A stretch of DNA of 64,000 bases from Chthoniobacteraceae bacterium (GCA_031409335.1 JANNWY010000002.1:1-64000); one strand, 5' to 3'. Positions 1 through 10,056 are shown, counted from the first letter of the stretch. Notes: generated by a model from the sequence alone, not told the origin. Program-made: numbers and translations.

Positions 1-138
1 TCGAGGAGCATCTGCAGGTTCACAATGCCGATCCCAAACCCATCCTTTGGACGGCCGCTGCCGCAGACATACTCGAAAAGGTTAAGCGGGGTCGCCGCAA
101 ACTCGATAAAGTGCAATCTGCTTGACGGACTACACTAG
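1..138 (+). mobile_element. Right end of an IS630-family insertion sequence (transposase C-terminus 3..125 plus terminus ending ...ACTACACTAG)
   Basis: Frame from nt 3 reads EEHLQVHNADPKPILWTAAAADILEKVKRGRRKLDKVQSA*, matching the HN-x-DPKP-x-x-WTA-x-A-x-x-IL-x-KV C-terminus of IS630 transposases. It is followed at once by a TA-containing CTAG end. Partial at the window edge. Confidence 0.8.
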
Positions 139-307
139 CGAATCCCCGCAAAAGCGGAAGATGCATCGTTTATCACGAAAATGGGCAGCGGCTTTTCAGA
201 GGAAGACCGCATTAGAATTTCGCCAAGCGGGAGCGGCGAAGCGAGTTGATGCGCGTGGCAGTTTCCAAGCGCTATATCCCGTGTAACATGGCCGCCTTTC
301 ACCGGCC

Positions 308-3300
308 ATGACCACAATCCGTTATCCAGAAGAGCTGCCGATTTGCGTGCGGCGTCAGGAGATTCTTGCGGCGGTGCGGGGGCATCAGGTCGTGGTAGTG
401 GCGGGGGAGACGGGGTCGGGGAAGACGACGCAGCTTCCGAAGATGTGCGTGGAGGCGGGGCTGGCGGTGCGGGGGAAGATCGGGTGTACGCAGCCGCGGC
501 GGGTGGCGGCGCTGAGTGTTTCGCGGCGCGTGGCGGAGGAGCTGGGGGTGACTTGGGGGCGCGAGGTGGGGTGCAAGATGCGCTTTAACGACGACACGGG
601 GCGCGAGACGCGGATCAAGTTCATGACGGATGGCATCCTGCTCGCGGAGATTCAGAGCGACCCGATGCTGCGCGCTTACTCCGCGCTGATTTTGGATGAA
701 GCGCACGAGCGTTCGCTGAACATCGACTTTCTCCTGGGCTACTTGCAGGGGCTGCTGCGGGAGCGCGCGGATCTGAAGCTGATCATCACGTCGGCGACGA
801 TCGATACGGAGGCGTTTTCCAAGGCGTTTGGCGGCGCGCCGATCATCGAGGTGTCGGGGCGCTTGTGGCCGGTGGAGGTGCGGTATGCGCCGGTGGAGTC
901 GTTTTCGACGGAGGAAGATTTTACGCACATCGAGGCGGCGGTGCGGGCGACGGAGGATGCGCTGATCGAATCGGAAGCGGGCGACGTGCTGGTCTTCATG
1001 CCGACGGAGCGCGACATCCGCGACACGCGCGAACTGCTGGAAGGCAGCCTCGGCGCGGGGATCGAGGTGATCGGGCTTTTCGGGCGGATGCCGGCGGCGG
1101 AGCAGCAGCGGATCTTTGCGCCGGGCTCGCGGCGGCGCGTGATCGTGGCGACGAATATCGCGGAGACTTCGCTGACGCTGCCGCGCATACGCTACGTGAT
1201 CGATGCCGGGCTGTCGCGGATGAGCCGCTACAATCCGCGCACGCGCACGAAGCGTTTGCCGGTGGAAGCGGTGTCGCAGAGCAGCGCGAATCAGCGCGCC
1301 GGTCGCGCGGGACGCGTGCAGGATGGGACGTGCATCCGGCTTTACGCGGAGGATGATTTTGAAAAGCGTCCGCGTTTTACGCAGCCGGAAATCCAGCGCG
1401 CGAATCTGGCGGAGGTGATCCTGCGGATGAAGGCGTTCCGGCTCGGCGAAATTGAGACGTTTCCATTTTTGAATCCGCCCGTTTCGGCGGCGGTGCGCGC
1501 GGGTTACACGCTGCTGCATGAACTCGGCGCGCTCACGGAACTGAATGAACTCACGCCGCTCGGTCGCGAACTGGCGCGGCTGCCGATTGATCCGACGCTC
1601 GGGCGGATGCTGTTGCAGGCGCGCGAGGAAACGGCGCTGCCGGAAATGCTCATCATCGCGGCGGGGCTGAGCGTGCCCGATCCGCGCGAGCGGCCGGATG
1701 AGCAGAAGGAAGCGGCGGCCACTGCGCACAAAGTTTTTGCTGATCCCGATTCGGATTTTATGACGCTGCTGAATATCTGGCGCGCTTCGCCGGAGGCGGA
1801 GGGAAAGGGGAGCGGGAATGCGTTGCGGCGGTTTTGCAAAGCGCACTTTTTGTCGCAATCTCGGATGCGGGAATGGCGCGATATTCATCGGCAACTCGCG
1901 GATGCGGTGGAGGAGCGTGGCACGGGCTTCCAGCCTGTGGGGCCAGCGGGCATCTTGCCCGTTGCTCCTCAGATCAGCAGGCGGGACGCCCGCTTGCCAC
2001 ACAGGCAGGATGCCTGTGCCACGTACGCTGCCATCCACCGCTCCATCCTCGCAGGGCTGCTCGGGCAGATTGCACAGCGGCAGGAGCGGAATGGTTACAA
2101 GGCTTCGGGGAATCGGCTGACCACGCTTTTTCCGGGATCGAATCTTTATGAGCGTCGCGAGAAGCCGCGCAAAGGCGCGGCGAAGCCGGAGGAGAAAAGC
2201 AAGCAGCCGCCTTGGATCGTCGCGGGGGAAGTCGTGGAAACGTCGCAGCTTTTTGCGCGGACGGTCGCGGGGATCAATCCCGAGTGGGTGATCGAACTCG
2301 GCGCGCATCTGTGCGAGCGGCGTTACACCGAGCCGCACTGGAGCGCGAAGGCGGGGCGTGTGCTGGTGCTGGAGCGTGTGTTCGTCGGCGGGATGGAACT
2401 TGCACGACGGCATGTCGATTTCGGGCCGGTCGATGCGGTGAAGGCGACGGAGCTTTTCATCCGCGGCGCGCTGGTCGCGGAAGAGGCGCGGCTGCCGCAT
2501 CGTTTCTTCGCGGAAAATCGGAAGGTGCGCGACAAGATCGAGACGGCGCTGACGCGCGTACGCAGCCGCCGCGCGCATGATCTGGATGAGTCGCTGTATC
2601 AATTCTACGCGGAACGCATCGAGCGCGTGTCGTCGGTCCACGATCTGAATCGGGTCGTGCGCGACCGCATTTCCCGCGAGCCAGATTTCCTCTGCGCGAC
2701 CGAGGCCGATCTCATCGGCAATCACGAAGCCAGCTACGATCGTGCGCAGTTCCCCGATTCCGTCTCGCTCGGCAACACCGCGCTGCCCGTGACCTACGCC
2801 TACACGCCTGGCCACGAGGCGGACGGCGTGACCGTGCGCGTGCCGCTGCCCGTCGCGGAGCAACTCACCACCGGCCAACTCCAATGGATGGTGCCTGGCT
2901 TGCGCGAAGAGCAAATCGCCGTGCTGCTGCGCGCGCTGCCGAAAAATGTGCGCAAGCCGCTGATGCCGCTGGAGCCGAAAATCCGCGAAGTCGCGGGCGA
3001 GTTTCAGCCGGGCCGCGCGGATTTTCTCACCGCTCTCGCGCTATTCCTGACGCGGAAATATCACGTGCCCGTCCGCGCCGAAGACTGGCCCGCGCAAAGC
3101 CTGCCCGCGCATTTGCAGCCGCGCGTGGAGGTCGTCGATCGGCGGAACAAAACCGTCGTCGCCGGGCGTGATCTCGCGACGATTCAGACGCACGTCGAGC
3201 GTCGCGATGACCGCTCGGATGCGTGGGAAAAGGCGACGCGGCAATGGGACCGGCACGCAGTGACGGCGTGGACGTTCGGCGATCTGCCGGAGTCGATCGT

Positions 3301-4132
3301 CGTCGAACAAGTCGCCGGCGCGCCGCTGCTCGCGTATCCCGGGCTCGCGGTGCGCGATGCCGAGGTGGACGTGCGGCTTTTCCGCAAACGTGAAGAGGCG
3401 GAAACGGCGTCGCTGCATGGTGTGCAGCGGCTCGGCGAACTCGTCCTCGCCCGCGATCTCGCACGGCTGTGGAAGGAACTTGGCGGCCTCGCCAAACATC
3501 TTCACTCGCCAGCGAAACAAGCCGCTGGATTCCACGCGGCGTTGCACCAGATCAGCGCGAAAATTCAAGCTCCCGCGGCGAGCTTCACCTCTGCCGAGCA
3601 GCTCCAAACATCCGCGTATCAACATCTGATCGCACACACGCTGCGACTCACACCGGTCTTCCCGCTCGCGGAAGCGCGCTTCATCGCCATGGCCGAAATG
3701 GCACGCCGCGATCTTCCCGCCCTCACCTACGGATTGAGTGAGTGGATCAAACAGATTCTCGATCTCCGCCAGAAAATCCTCGCCTCGCCAAAGCGTTATC
3801 CGGGCTTGGAGCGCGACCTTGATCGCCTGGCCGGCGACGATTTCCCGGCGACCACTGCGCACGCGCAGATGCCGCACATCCTTCGCTACCTGAAAGCAGT
3901 GCAAATCCGTGCCGAACGCGCTGCCGTCAGCCCCGCGAAAGATGCCGAGAAAGCCAAACAACTCGCGCCGTTCGCCGACTGGAAAACCCGCGTCCCGCCC
4001 GCACAGCGCGAAGCCTTCCGCTGGATGCTCGAAGAATTCCGCGTCTCCCTTTTTGCCCAAGAACTAGGCACCGCGCAGCCCGCGTCCGCCGCAAGACTGA
4101 AGGCACTCGGCGACTATCCGGGTGCCGGATGA
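308..4132 (+). CDS. hrpA: ATP-dependent RNA helicase HrpA
   Basis: GETGSGKTTQLPK, TQPRRVAA, DEAHERS, SAT and QRAGRAGR motifs; C-terminal EEFRVSLFAQELGT. Confidence 0.95.
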   Translation: MTTIRYPEELPICVRRQEILAAVRGHQVVVVAGETGSGKTTQLPKMCVEAGLAVRGKIGCTQPRRVAALSVSRRVAEELGVTWGREVGCKMRFNDDTGRETRIKFMTDGILLAEIQSDPMLRAYSALILDEAHERSLNIDFLLGYLQGLLRERADLKLIITSATIDTEAFSKAFGGAPIIEVSGRLWPVEVRYAPVESFSTEEDFTHIEAAVRATEDALIESEAGDVLVFMPTERDIRDTRELLEGSLGAGIEVIGLFGRMPAAEQQRIFAPGSRRRVIVATNIAETSLTLPRIRYVIDAGLSRMSRYNPRTRTKRLPVEAVSQSSANQRAGRAGRVQDGTCIRLYAEDDFEKRPRFTQPEIQRANLAEVILRMKAFRLGEIETFPFLNPPVSAAVRAGYTLLHELGALTELNELTPLGRELARLPIDPTLGRMLLQAREETALPEMLIIAAGLSVPDPRERPDEQKEAAATAHKVFADPDSDFMTLLNIWRASPEAEGKGSGNALRRFCKAHFLSQSRMREWRDIHRQLADAVEERGTGFQPVGPAGILPVAPQISRRDARLPHRQDACATYAAIHRSILAGLLGQIAQRQERNGYKASGNRLTTLFPGSNLYERREKPRKGAAKPEEKSKQPPWIVAGEVVETSQLFARTVAGINPEWVIELGAHLCERRYTEPHWSAKAGRVLVLERVFVGGMELARRHVDFGPVDAVKATELFIRGALVAEEARLPHRFFAENRKVRDKIETALTRVRSRRAHDLDESLYQFYAERIERVSSVHDLNRVVRDRISREPDFLCATEADLIGNHEASYDRAQFPDSVSLGNTALPVTYAYTPGHEADGVTVRVPLPVAEQLTTGQLQWMVPGLREEQIAVLLRALPKNVRKPLMPLEPKIREVAGEFQPGRADFLTALALFLTRKYHVPVRAEDWPAQSLPAHLQPRVEVVDRRNKTVVAGRDLATIQTHVERRDDRSDAWEKATRQWDRHAVTAWTFGDLPESIVVEQVAGAPLLAYPGLAVRDAEVDVRLFRKREEAETASLHGVQRLGELVLARDLARLWKELGGLAKHLHSPAKQAAGFHAALHQISAKIQAPAASFTSAEQLQTSAYQHLIAHTLRLTPVFPLAEARFIAMAEMARRDLPALTYGLSEWIKQILDLRQKILASPKRYPGLERDLDRLAGDDFPATTAHAQMPHILRYLKAVQIRAERAAVSPAKDAEKAKQLAPFADWKTRVPPAQREAFRWMLEEFRVSLFAQELGTAQPASAARLKALGDYPGAG
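1916..2023. repeat. 108-bp palindromic element lying in frame inside hrpA
   Basis: CGTGGCACGGGCTTCCAGCCTGTG (1916-1939) and CACAGGCAGGATGCCTGTGCCACG (2000-2023) are inverted repeats with 3 mismatches, with a nested inner pair. Length is 36 codons. Confidence 0.85.
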
Positions 4133-5028
4133 AGCCGCGCGAAAACTTCGCGCGCCGCGAGTTCCGGATCGCTGGCGCTGCCGGTGAAAGCGGCCTCGGC
4201 GGGCGCGGTATTTTCGTTTCCGAAAAGGATCGCGCGCACCTCGATCGTGTCGCCATCGAGACGAGTGCGCACGCCGACCGGCAGCGAGCAATCGCCCGCG
4301 AGCAAGCGCTGCACTTCGCGCTCGGCGCGGATGCAGGTGAAGGTCGGCAGGTGATTGATCGCGGCGAGGACGGCGTTCACTTCCGCGCGATCGGCGCGGG
4401 TTTGGAGGGCGATGGCACCCTGGCCGATCGCTGGCAGAAGTTGCTCGTGCAGCGAAATGACCGTGAATTTTCCATCCGAAAAATCGCAGCCGAGTCGATC
4501 GAGGCCGGCTTTCGCGAGCACGATTCCGGCGACATCGTCGCGCTCGGCCAGTTTGCGCAGACGGGTCGGGACGTTGCCGCGCCATTCCTCGATTTGAAGA
4601 TCGGGACGCAGCCACTGGAGCTGGCGGGAACGTCGCACGCTGCTGGTCCCGATGCGCGCGCCGTTTGGCACGTCGTCGAGCGTCGCGAGCCCTTTGGTGA
4701 TGAGCACGTCGGCGGTGGAGGCGCGCTCGAGCACGGCGGTGAGCGCGAGGCCGGGCGGGTTTTGGCCGGGCAAATCTTTGAGGCTGTGGACCGCCACGTC
4801 GATCGTGCCGGCGAGCAGCGCGTCTTCGAGTTCCTTCGTGAAAAGCCCCTTCCCGCCCGCCTCGCCCGCGCGGAGCAAACTCAAATCCAGCTTCTTGTCC
4901 CCGCGCGTTACAAAGATCTGCTCTTCCACGGCCAAGTCCGGCCAGGCACCCGCGAGCGCCGTGCGCGTGAGCACCACTTGCGCAAGCGCGAGCGCCGAGC
5001 CGCGCGTGCCGAGAATGAGTCGCCGCAC
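4114..5028 (-). CDS. hemC: Hydroxymethylbilane synthase (porphobilinogen deaminase)
   Basis: LGTRGSALALAQ, GKGLFTKELE, AVHSLKDLP, IGTSSVRR, RGNVPTRL. GTG start overlaps the hemA stop. Confidence 0.95.
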   Translation of the reverse strand: MRRLILGTRGSALALAQVVLTRTALAGAWPDLAVEEQIFVTRGDKKLDLSLLRAGEAGGKGLFTKELEDALLAGTIDVAVHSLKDLPGQNPPGLALTAVLERASTADVLITKGLATLDDVPNGARIGTSSVRRSRQLQWLRPDLQIEEWRGNVPTRLRKLAERDDVAGIVLAKAGLDRLGCDFSDGKFTVISLHEQLLPAIGQGAIALQTRADRAEVNAVLAAINHLPTFTCIRAEREVQRLLAGDCSLPVGVRTRLDGDTIEVRAILFGNENTAPAEAAFTGSASDPELAAREVFARLHPAPG

Positions 5029-6086
5029 TATTTCACGCCCTCCGGCTGCGCGCGGAATTCCACTTTCGGCCCGCGATTTCCCCCGGCCAGCCATTCCAAA
5101 AAATCCCCGACATGCCGCTCGATCATTGCTTCACAAATCACCAACTCCTGCCGGCGCACCGCGAGCGATTCCTCGGCGATGCGCTGGAGCGAGTCGATGT
5201 CGTAAAGATACACGCCGTCGAGATCGTTCACGGCGGGCTCGAAGTCGCGTGGCACCGCAAGGTCGATGCAGAAAAGCGGGCGGTCCGGGCGGGTGCGCAT
5301 CATCGGGGCGAGCTTTTCTTTCGTGAGCACGTGATGCGGGGCGGCGGTGGAGCCGATGAGAATATCGACCTCGTGAAACTCGCGCGACCAGTCGTCAAAA
5401 TGGATCGCGCGCCCGTTCATGGCTTCGGCAAGCGCCACGGCCCGTTCGTAGCTGCGGTTGGCGACGAAGATCGTCTTCACGCCGCGCGCCTTCAGCGCAC
5501 CCGCGGTCATTTCACTCGTCTCCCCTGCCCCGAGGATCATGACGTGGCAGCTCGAGAGTTTTCCGAAAATCTTCTCCGCGAGTTCCACTGCCGCTGATCC
5601 GACGGAAACGGCTCCGCGCGTGATCGCAGTCTTGGTGCGCACCTCTTTGGCCACGTTAAACGCGCGCTGAAAGAGCTTGTTCAAATGCCGCGATGTCGCG
5701 CCCTGCTCGCTTGCAGCCGCGTAGGCTTTTTTCACCTGACCGAGAATCTCCGTCTCGCCGATCACCATCGAATCCAGCCCGCTCACGACGCGGAAAAGGT
5801 GCCGGATCGCCTTGGGCGAAGTGTGCCGAAAAAACGCATCGCCCTCCGGCGCAATCCCGCGCGCCGCGACAAACTCGCACACTGCCGAGAGCCCGCGGTC
5901 GGTGTTCTCCGCCGCGACGTAAAATTCCACGCGATTGCAGGTGGAAATGATGACCGCTTCACCCAGGCCGGAAACGCGGGCGAGGTCGACAGCGGTCTGG
6001 GGAAGTTCGCCATCTGGAATGGCAAAACGTTCGCGCAATTCGATCGGTGCGGTGTGGTGACTGAGGCCAAGACAGACGATCTCCAT
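5028..6086 (-). CDS. hemA: Glutamyl-tRNA reductase (short form)
   Basis: GLSHHTAPIELRE, STCNRVEFY, GLDSMVIGETEILGQVK, GAGETS, DLAVPRD. Confidence 0.95.
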   Translation of the reverse strand: MEIVCLGLSHHTAPIELRERFAIPDGELPQTAVDLARVSGLGEAVIISTCNRVEFYVAAENTDRGLSAVCEFVAARGIAPEGDAFFRHTSPKAIRHLFRVVSGLDSMVIGETEILGQVKKAYAAASEQGATSRHLNKLFQRAFNVAKEVRTKTAITRGAVSVGSAAVELAEKIFGKLSSCHVMILGAGETSEMTAGALKARGVKTIFVANRSYERAVALAEAMNGRAIHFDDWSREFHEVDILIGSTAAPHHVLTKEKLAPMMRTRPDRPLFCIDLAVPRDFEPAVNDLDGVYLYDIDSLQRIAEESLAVRRQELVICEAMIERHVGDFLEWLAGGNRGPKVEFRAQPEGVK

Positions 6087-6091
6087 GCGCG

Positions 6092-6886
6092 TCAGAGATT
6101 GGCTTTATCCGAGATGAACGTGAGCCCCGAAAGCGTGATGAGCACGAGCGCGAAGGCACCCACCGAGAGCAGCGCCGCCCGCCGCGGGCTGATCCGCCGC
6201 CACCATTCCGCCCCGGCAAGGAACGCATAAAGCAGCCACACCGCGCTCGACCAGACGATCTTCGCGGCGTGCGCGCTGGCATTTCCCATCGCGAAACCGG
6301 CATACAGCCCGACCGTCAGCAGCGTGAGCCCAGTCAGGACCAGCCGGGTGTTCGCCGTGGCCAGATCGCGGATCGGCGGCAGGTGATAGAAGATCGACTT
6401 CAAATGATGCGTCTTAAGCTGGCGCTCTTGCGCGAGGTACATCACCCCCGCGACCCCCGCGAGCGCAAACGCCCCGTAGGCCACCACGGACATTGCCGCG
6501 TGCAATTCCAGCCAGGCATTCGGTGCAGAGCGGATCCGCGGCGGCGCATCCCACGGCGTGAGCAGCGCGAAAAGCTGGATGAAAAAAACGAGCGGTGAGG
6601 TGAAAAAACCGAGCAGCGAAAGCCGGTAGGCCGGGCCGATCAGCAGGTAAAAAAGCACCATCGACCAACTGAGGAAGGCAAGGACTTCAAAAAGATTTGT
6701 GAGCGGACAACGACCCAGCACTTCGCCCCGTAGATAAAGGAATCCAGTCTGGCACAGGAAACCGAGCGAGATTGCGATGAGATTCATCCGCGACCGGCGA
6801 TACACTCGCGCGCCCAGCGCATACATCGTGTACGCGAAGCCGAAGAGGAAGCAGAAGGTGGAAAGGACTAGAAGCTGGCGATCCAT
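6092..6886 (-). CDS. Cytochrome c assembly protein family (CcsA/HemX-like) membrane protein
   Basis: Multiple TM helices, PLTNLFE, WLELHAAMS, YLAQERQLK...LPP; lies upstream of hemA-hemC. Confidence 0.8.
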   Translation of the reverse strand: MDRQLLVLSTFCFLFGFAYTMYALGARVYRRSRMNLIAISLGFLCQTGFLYLRGEVLGRCPLTNLFEVLAFLSWSMVLFYLLIGPAYRLSLLGFFTSPLVFFIQLFALLTPWDAPPRIRSAPNAWLELHAAMSVVAYGAFALAGVAGVMYLAQERQLKTHHLKSIFYHLPPIRDLATANTRLVLTGLTLLTVGLYAGFAMGNASAHAAKIVWSSAVWLLYAFLAGAEWWRRISPRRAALLSVGAFALVLITLSGLTFISDKANL

Positions 6887-7074
6887 TTGAAAATGGGCCG
6901 CGAGACTACGCGGGCGCGCCAAGTTTGGCAAACGACGTGGCAGCGTGAGGAATACGGCATCTCAAGATGAATCAATTTGCCCGTGTCCGGTTAGGTTTGA
7001 AAAAAGAATTATTGAACAAATCTCATGCAACTGCCGTCTCACCCCCAGCGAATAATAGTTCAACCAAAGAGTGC

Positions 7075-7090
7075 TGGCATCGACTCTGCT
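7075..7090 (+). promoter_or_regulatory. Putative sigma54 (-24/-12) promoter
   Basis: TGGCATCGACTCTGCT has GG and GC at the canonical spacing of TGGCAC-N5-TTGC, 40 nt upstream of a small ORF, in an AT-rich intergenic region. Confidence 0.6.
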
Positions 7091-7130
7091 TTAGAGATTT
7101 TTCCAACTTCCCTTACCCATCAAACACCAC

Positions 7131-7310
7131 ATGAAAAAGAACCTCAAGAAAGCCGCTCGGACAAACTATAGTCTCGGGGATCTCATCCTCGCGGTCAGCA
7201 GCTCTGCAAAGAGCAATCGCGAAACCATCGCCGCCGTCGCCGATCTGCTTGAGAGCGGCCAAGTGCGCCTGAACAGCCTCGGTCGCAAGGTCCGCGCGCG
7301 CGTCGGTTGA
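7131..7310 (+). CDS. Small basic hypothetical protein (59 aa; below the ORF-track cutoff)
   Basis: MKKNLKKAARTNYSLGDLILAVSSSAKSNRETIAAVADLLESGQVRLNSLGRKVRARVG*; host-like codons, upstream promoter motif and downstream hairpin. Confidence 0.7.
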   Translation: MKKNLKKAARTNYSLGDLILAVSSSAKSNRETIAAVADLLESGQVRLNSLGRKVRARVG

Positions 7311-7406
7311 AATCCTCAATCCCCGGACGCGCCCGCTCTGCCAAAGGCGAGCGCGCTGGGAAAATTTCGATTGTGGGCGTGCCGGAGGTGCTTAACCTCC
7401 GCGCCC

Positions 7407-8705
7407 GTGATTGACAGATACACTCTTCCTCAAATGCGCGCGCTCTGGTCGGAGCAGCGCAAATATGAAATTTGGCTCGAAATCGAGACGCTGGCTTGTG
7501 AGGCGATGGCGGAGATCGGGGTGATCCCGCAGGAAGACGCGAAAACGATTCGCGAAAAGGGAAAATTCGATCTTGGCGAAATCGAAGAAATCGAGAAACG
7601 GACGAATCACGACGTCATCGCATTTCTCGAAAACGTCGCGGCCTACGTGGGGCCGGCGGCGCGCTGGATGCATCAGGGGCTCACCTCATCGGATGTGCTC
7701 GATACGACGCTCGCGGTGCAGATGTCGCAGGCCTCGGATTTGTTGATGCGCGATTTGAAAGAACTCCGCGAGGTCATCGCGCGGCGGGCAAAGGAATTTA
7801 AGAAGACGCCGATGATCGGGCGCAGCCACGGCATCCACGCGGAGCCGGTGACGTTTGGGCTCAAATTGGCGCTGATGTTCGATGAATTCGGCCGCTCGCT
7901 CGCGCGCTTGGAGGAAATCCAGAAGCGCATCCGCGTCGGAAAACTCAGCGGTGCAGTCGGCACCCACGCGCATCTCGATCCGCGCGTGGAGGAAACCGTC
8001 TGCAAACGGCTCGGCCTCGCAGCCGCGACGCTCAGCACGCAAGTCGTCCAGCGCGATCGGCACGCCGAGTTTCAAAACACGCTCGGGCTCATCGCCTCCA
8101 GCGTGGACCGGTGGGCGACGGAATTTCGCCATCTCCAGCGGACCGAGGTGCTGGAAGTGGAGGAATATTTTTCCGCAGGACAAAAAGGCAGTTCCGCGAT
8201 GCCGCACAAGCGCAACCCGATCACCGGCGAAAAGCTCAGCGGCCTCGCCCGCGTCATTCGTGGGAACGCCGTCGCCGCGATGGAAAACGTGGCGCTTTGG
8301 CACGAGCGCGACATCAGCCACTCGAGCGTCGAGCGCATCATCATGCCGGACTCGTGTATCCTGCTGGATTACATGCTCGTGCTGCTGCGCAAGCTCGTCG
8401 ATCGCCTGCTGGTTTATCCCGAAAACATGGAGCGCAACATGCGCATCACGAAGGGCCTCTACTTCAGCCAGACCATCCTGTTGAAGCTCACCGAACGCGG
8501 CCTCGAACGTAAAGCCGCCTACGAAGCCGTGCAGCGCGCCGCAATGAAAACGTGGCAGGGCGAAACCTCGCTCCAGGAAAATCTCGCCGCCGAGCCGGAC
8601 ATCGCCGCGGTCATCCCGCGAGAGGAAATCGACCGCCTCTGCTCGCTCGACATCCACTTCGCGCACATCGACGAAACTTTTCGCCGGCTGGGAATCGAAC
8701 CCTGA
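7407..8705 (+). CDS. purB: Adenylosuccinate lyase
   Basis: (V)IDRY start, TNHDVIAF, GRSHGIHAEP, GSSAMPHKRNP, WHERDISHSS. Confidence 0.96.
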   Translation: MIDRYTLPQMRALWSEQRKYEIWLEIETLACEAMAEIGVIPQEDAKTIREKGKFDLGEIEEIEKRTNHDVIAFLENVAAYVGPAARWMHQGLTSSDVLDTTLAVQMSQASDLLMRDLKELREVIARRAKEFKKTPMIGRSHGIHAEPVTFGLKLALMFDEFGRSLARLEEIQKRIRVGKLSGAVGTHAHLDPRVEETVCKRLGLAAATLSTQVVQRDRHAEFQNTLGLIASSVDRWATEFRHLQRTEVLEVEEYFSAGQKGSSAMPHKRNPITGEKLSGLARVIRGNAVAAMENVALWHERDISHSSVERIIMPDSCILLDYMLVLLRKLVDRLLVYPENMERNMRITKGLYFSQTILLKLTERGLERKAAYEAVQRAAMKTWQGETSLQENLAAEPDIAAVIPREEIDRLCSLDIHFAHIDETFRRLGIEP

Positions 8706-8775
8706 TTCGCCGTCCATTTCGGCGCTTCACCCTTTGCACTGGCGTCCGTCGCCAGTAGTCTTTCTCCTTCAATTT

Positions 8776-10056
8776 ATGTTCCGGAAATTTTTCATCCTTC
8801 TGCTTTTCGCAACGCTGGCATTTGGCGGGTGCGACAAAATTAAGATGCCGAAGTTCGGGAGAAAAACCGCCGCGCCGACACCCGTGCCCGTTGCCGTCGC
8901 CGCGCCGAAGCAGAACCTCCCGGCCTCACCCGAGGCAACAAAGCAACCAATGCCGTCCGTCGCGGAAGCGGCGCCTCAGACCGTCAACACAAACGCAAGC
9001 GTCGTGGTGCTCTGCTACCATCGTTTTGAGGAAAACGCGCGACCGAACGATCCGCTCGCGATTCGGCCCGATGAATTTGAGAAACAAATGGGTGAATTGA
9101 AGGACGCGGCGTTCACCGTTATCCCGATGCAGGATTTCATCATGTGGCGTCGCGGGGAAAAGAGCATCCCCGAAAAATCGTGCATCGTGACGATCGATGA
9201 TGGCTACCGGTCCGGCTACGAAAAGGCCTGGCCGATTCTGAAAAAATTCAACTACCCGTTCACGATGTTCATTTACACGAACTACGTGAAAGGCCAGCCA
9301 AACGCCGGTGGCCAATCGCTCGCGTGGGGCGAACTCGCCGAAATGCGGGACGCCGGCGTGGACATCCAGAGCCACACCGTTTCCCACACGAATCTCCGGC
9401 TGAAATCCGGGAAGTATCAGAAGCCATTCCCGACCTACGAAGCTTGGCTGAAACACGAGATGGCGGATTCCAAAGCGATGCTGGAGCAAAAACTCGGCAT
9501 CGCCGTAAACTGCCTCGCTTATCCGTATGGCAACCACAGCGATGTGATCCGCAAGGTCGCGATGGAATGCGGTTACGAAGCCGCCTTCAGCGTCTATGGC
9601 CAGCGGCTCGGCTATCACAGCGCGCACGACCAGTTGGGCCGCTATGCGATCGAGGCGTCCAAGCCGCAGATTTTCCAGGCAGCGCTCGCGATGGCTGGCG
9701 GTGGCGGTGGCGCATCCGGGGCAGCGGACGAAAACGTGCTCTCCATGAACGCCGCGGGTGCCATGGTCACCCAGCCGATGGAGGGCGAAACCATCACCGA
9801 TCCAAAGCCCACGATCAAAGCCAACCTCGAAGCCCTCGGTGCCCTCGACCCAAAAAGCGTCGAGATGCGGATCAGCGGAATCGGCGCGGTGCCCGTCAAA
9901 TACGATCCGGCAACAAACCTCGTCGAAGCCGCCCTGACCCAAAAACTGCGGAACAAAAACTACACGGTCATCGTCAGTGGAAACGTGAAGGGTCGCAAAG
10001 TGCAGACGAGTTGGAATTTCAACTTCGACCCCGCAGGCGCGCCCGCCCCGCGCTGA
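8776..10056 (+). CDS. Polysaccharide deacetylase family lipoprotein
   Basis: Lipobox-like LAFGGC; LCYHRF, TIDDGY, QSHTVSH, AYPYG motifs; C-terminal beta-rich domain. Confidence 0.88.
   Translation: MFRKFFILLLFATLAFGGCDKIKMPKFGRKTAAPTPVPVAVAAPKQNLPASPEATKQPMPSVAEAAPQTVNTNASVVVLCYHRFEENARPNDPLAIRPDEFEKQMGELKDAAFTVIPMQDFIMWRRGEKSIPEKSCIVTIDDGYRSGYEKAWPILKKFNYPFTMFIYTNYVKGQPNAGGQSLAWGELAEMRDAGVDIQSHTVSHTNLRLKSGKYQKPFPTYEAWLKHEMADSKAMLEQKLGIAVNCLAYPYGNHSDVIRKVAMECGYEAAFSVYGQRLGYHSAHDQLGRYAIEASKPQIFQAALAMAGGGGGASGAADENVLSMNAAGAMVTQPMEGETITDPKPTIKANLEALGALDPKSVEMRISGIGAVPVKYDPATNLVEAALTQKLRNKNYTVIVSGNVKGRKVQTSWNFNFDPAGAPAPR

Noticed and set aside
299..2914. 871-aa minus-strand ORF and similar long antisense or alternate-frame ORFs (10615-13410, 14609-16660, 25358-27577, 33241-35373, 53658-56819)
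   Set aside because: Shadow ORFs of real high-GC genes: Arg/His-rich, no recognisable motifs.
4114..4132. 19-bp convergent overlap of hrpA and hemC
   Set aside because: Ordinary in compact high-GC genomes.
5028..6086. HemA shorter than the E. coli enzyme as a pseudogene
   Set aside because: Catalytic motifs are intact and the gene is coupled to hemC; short forms occur in other lineages.
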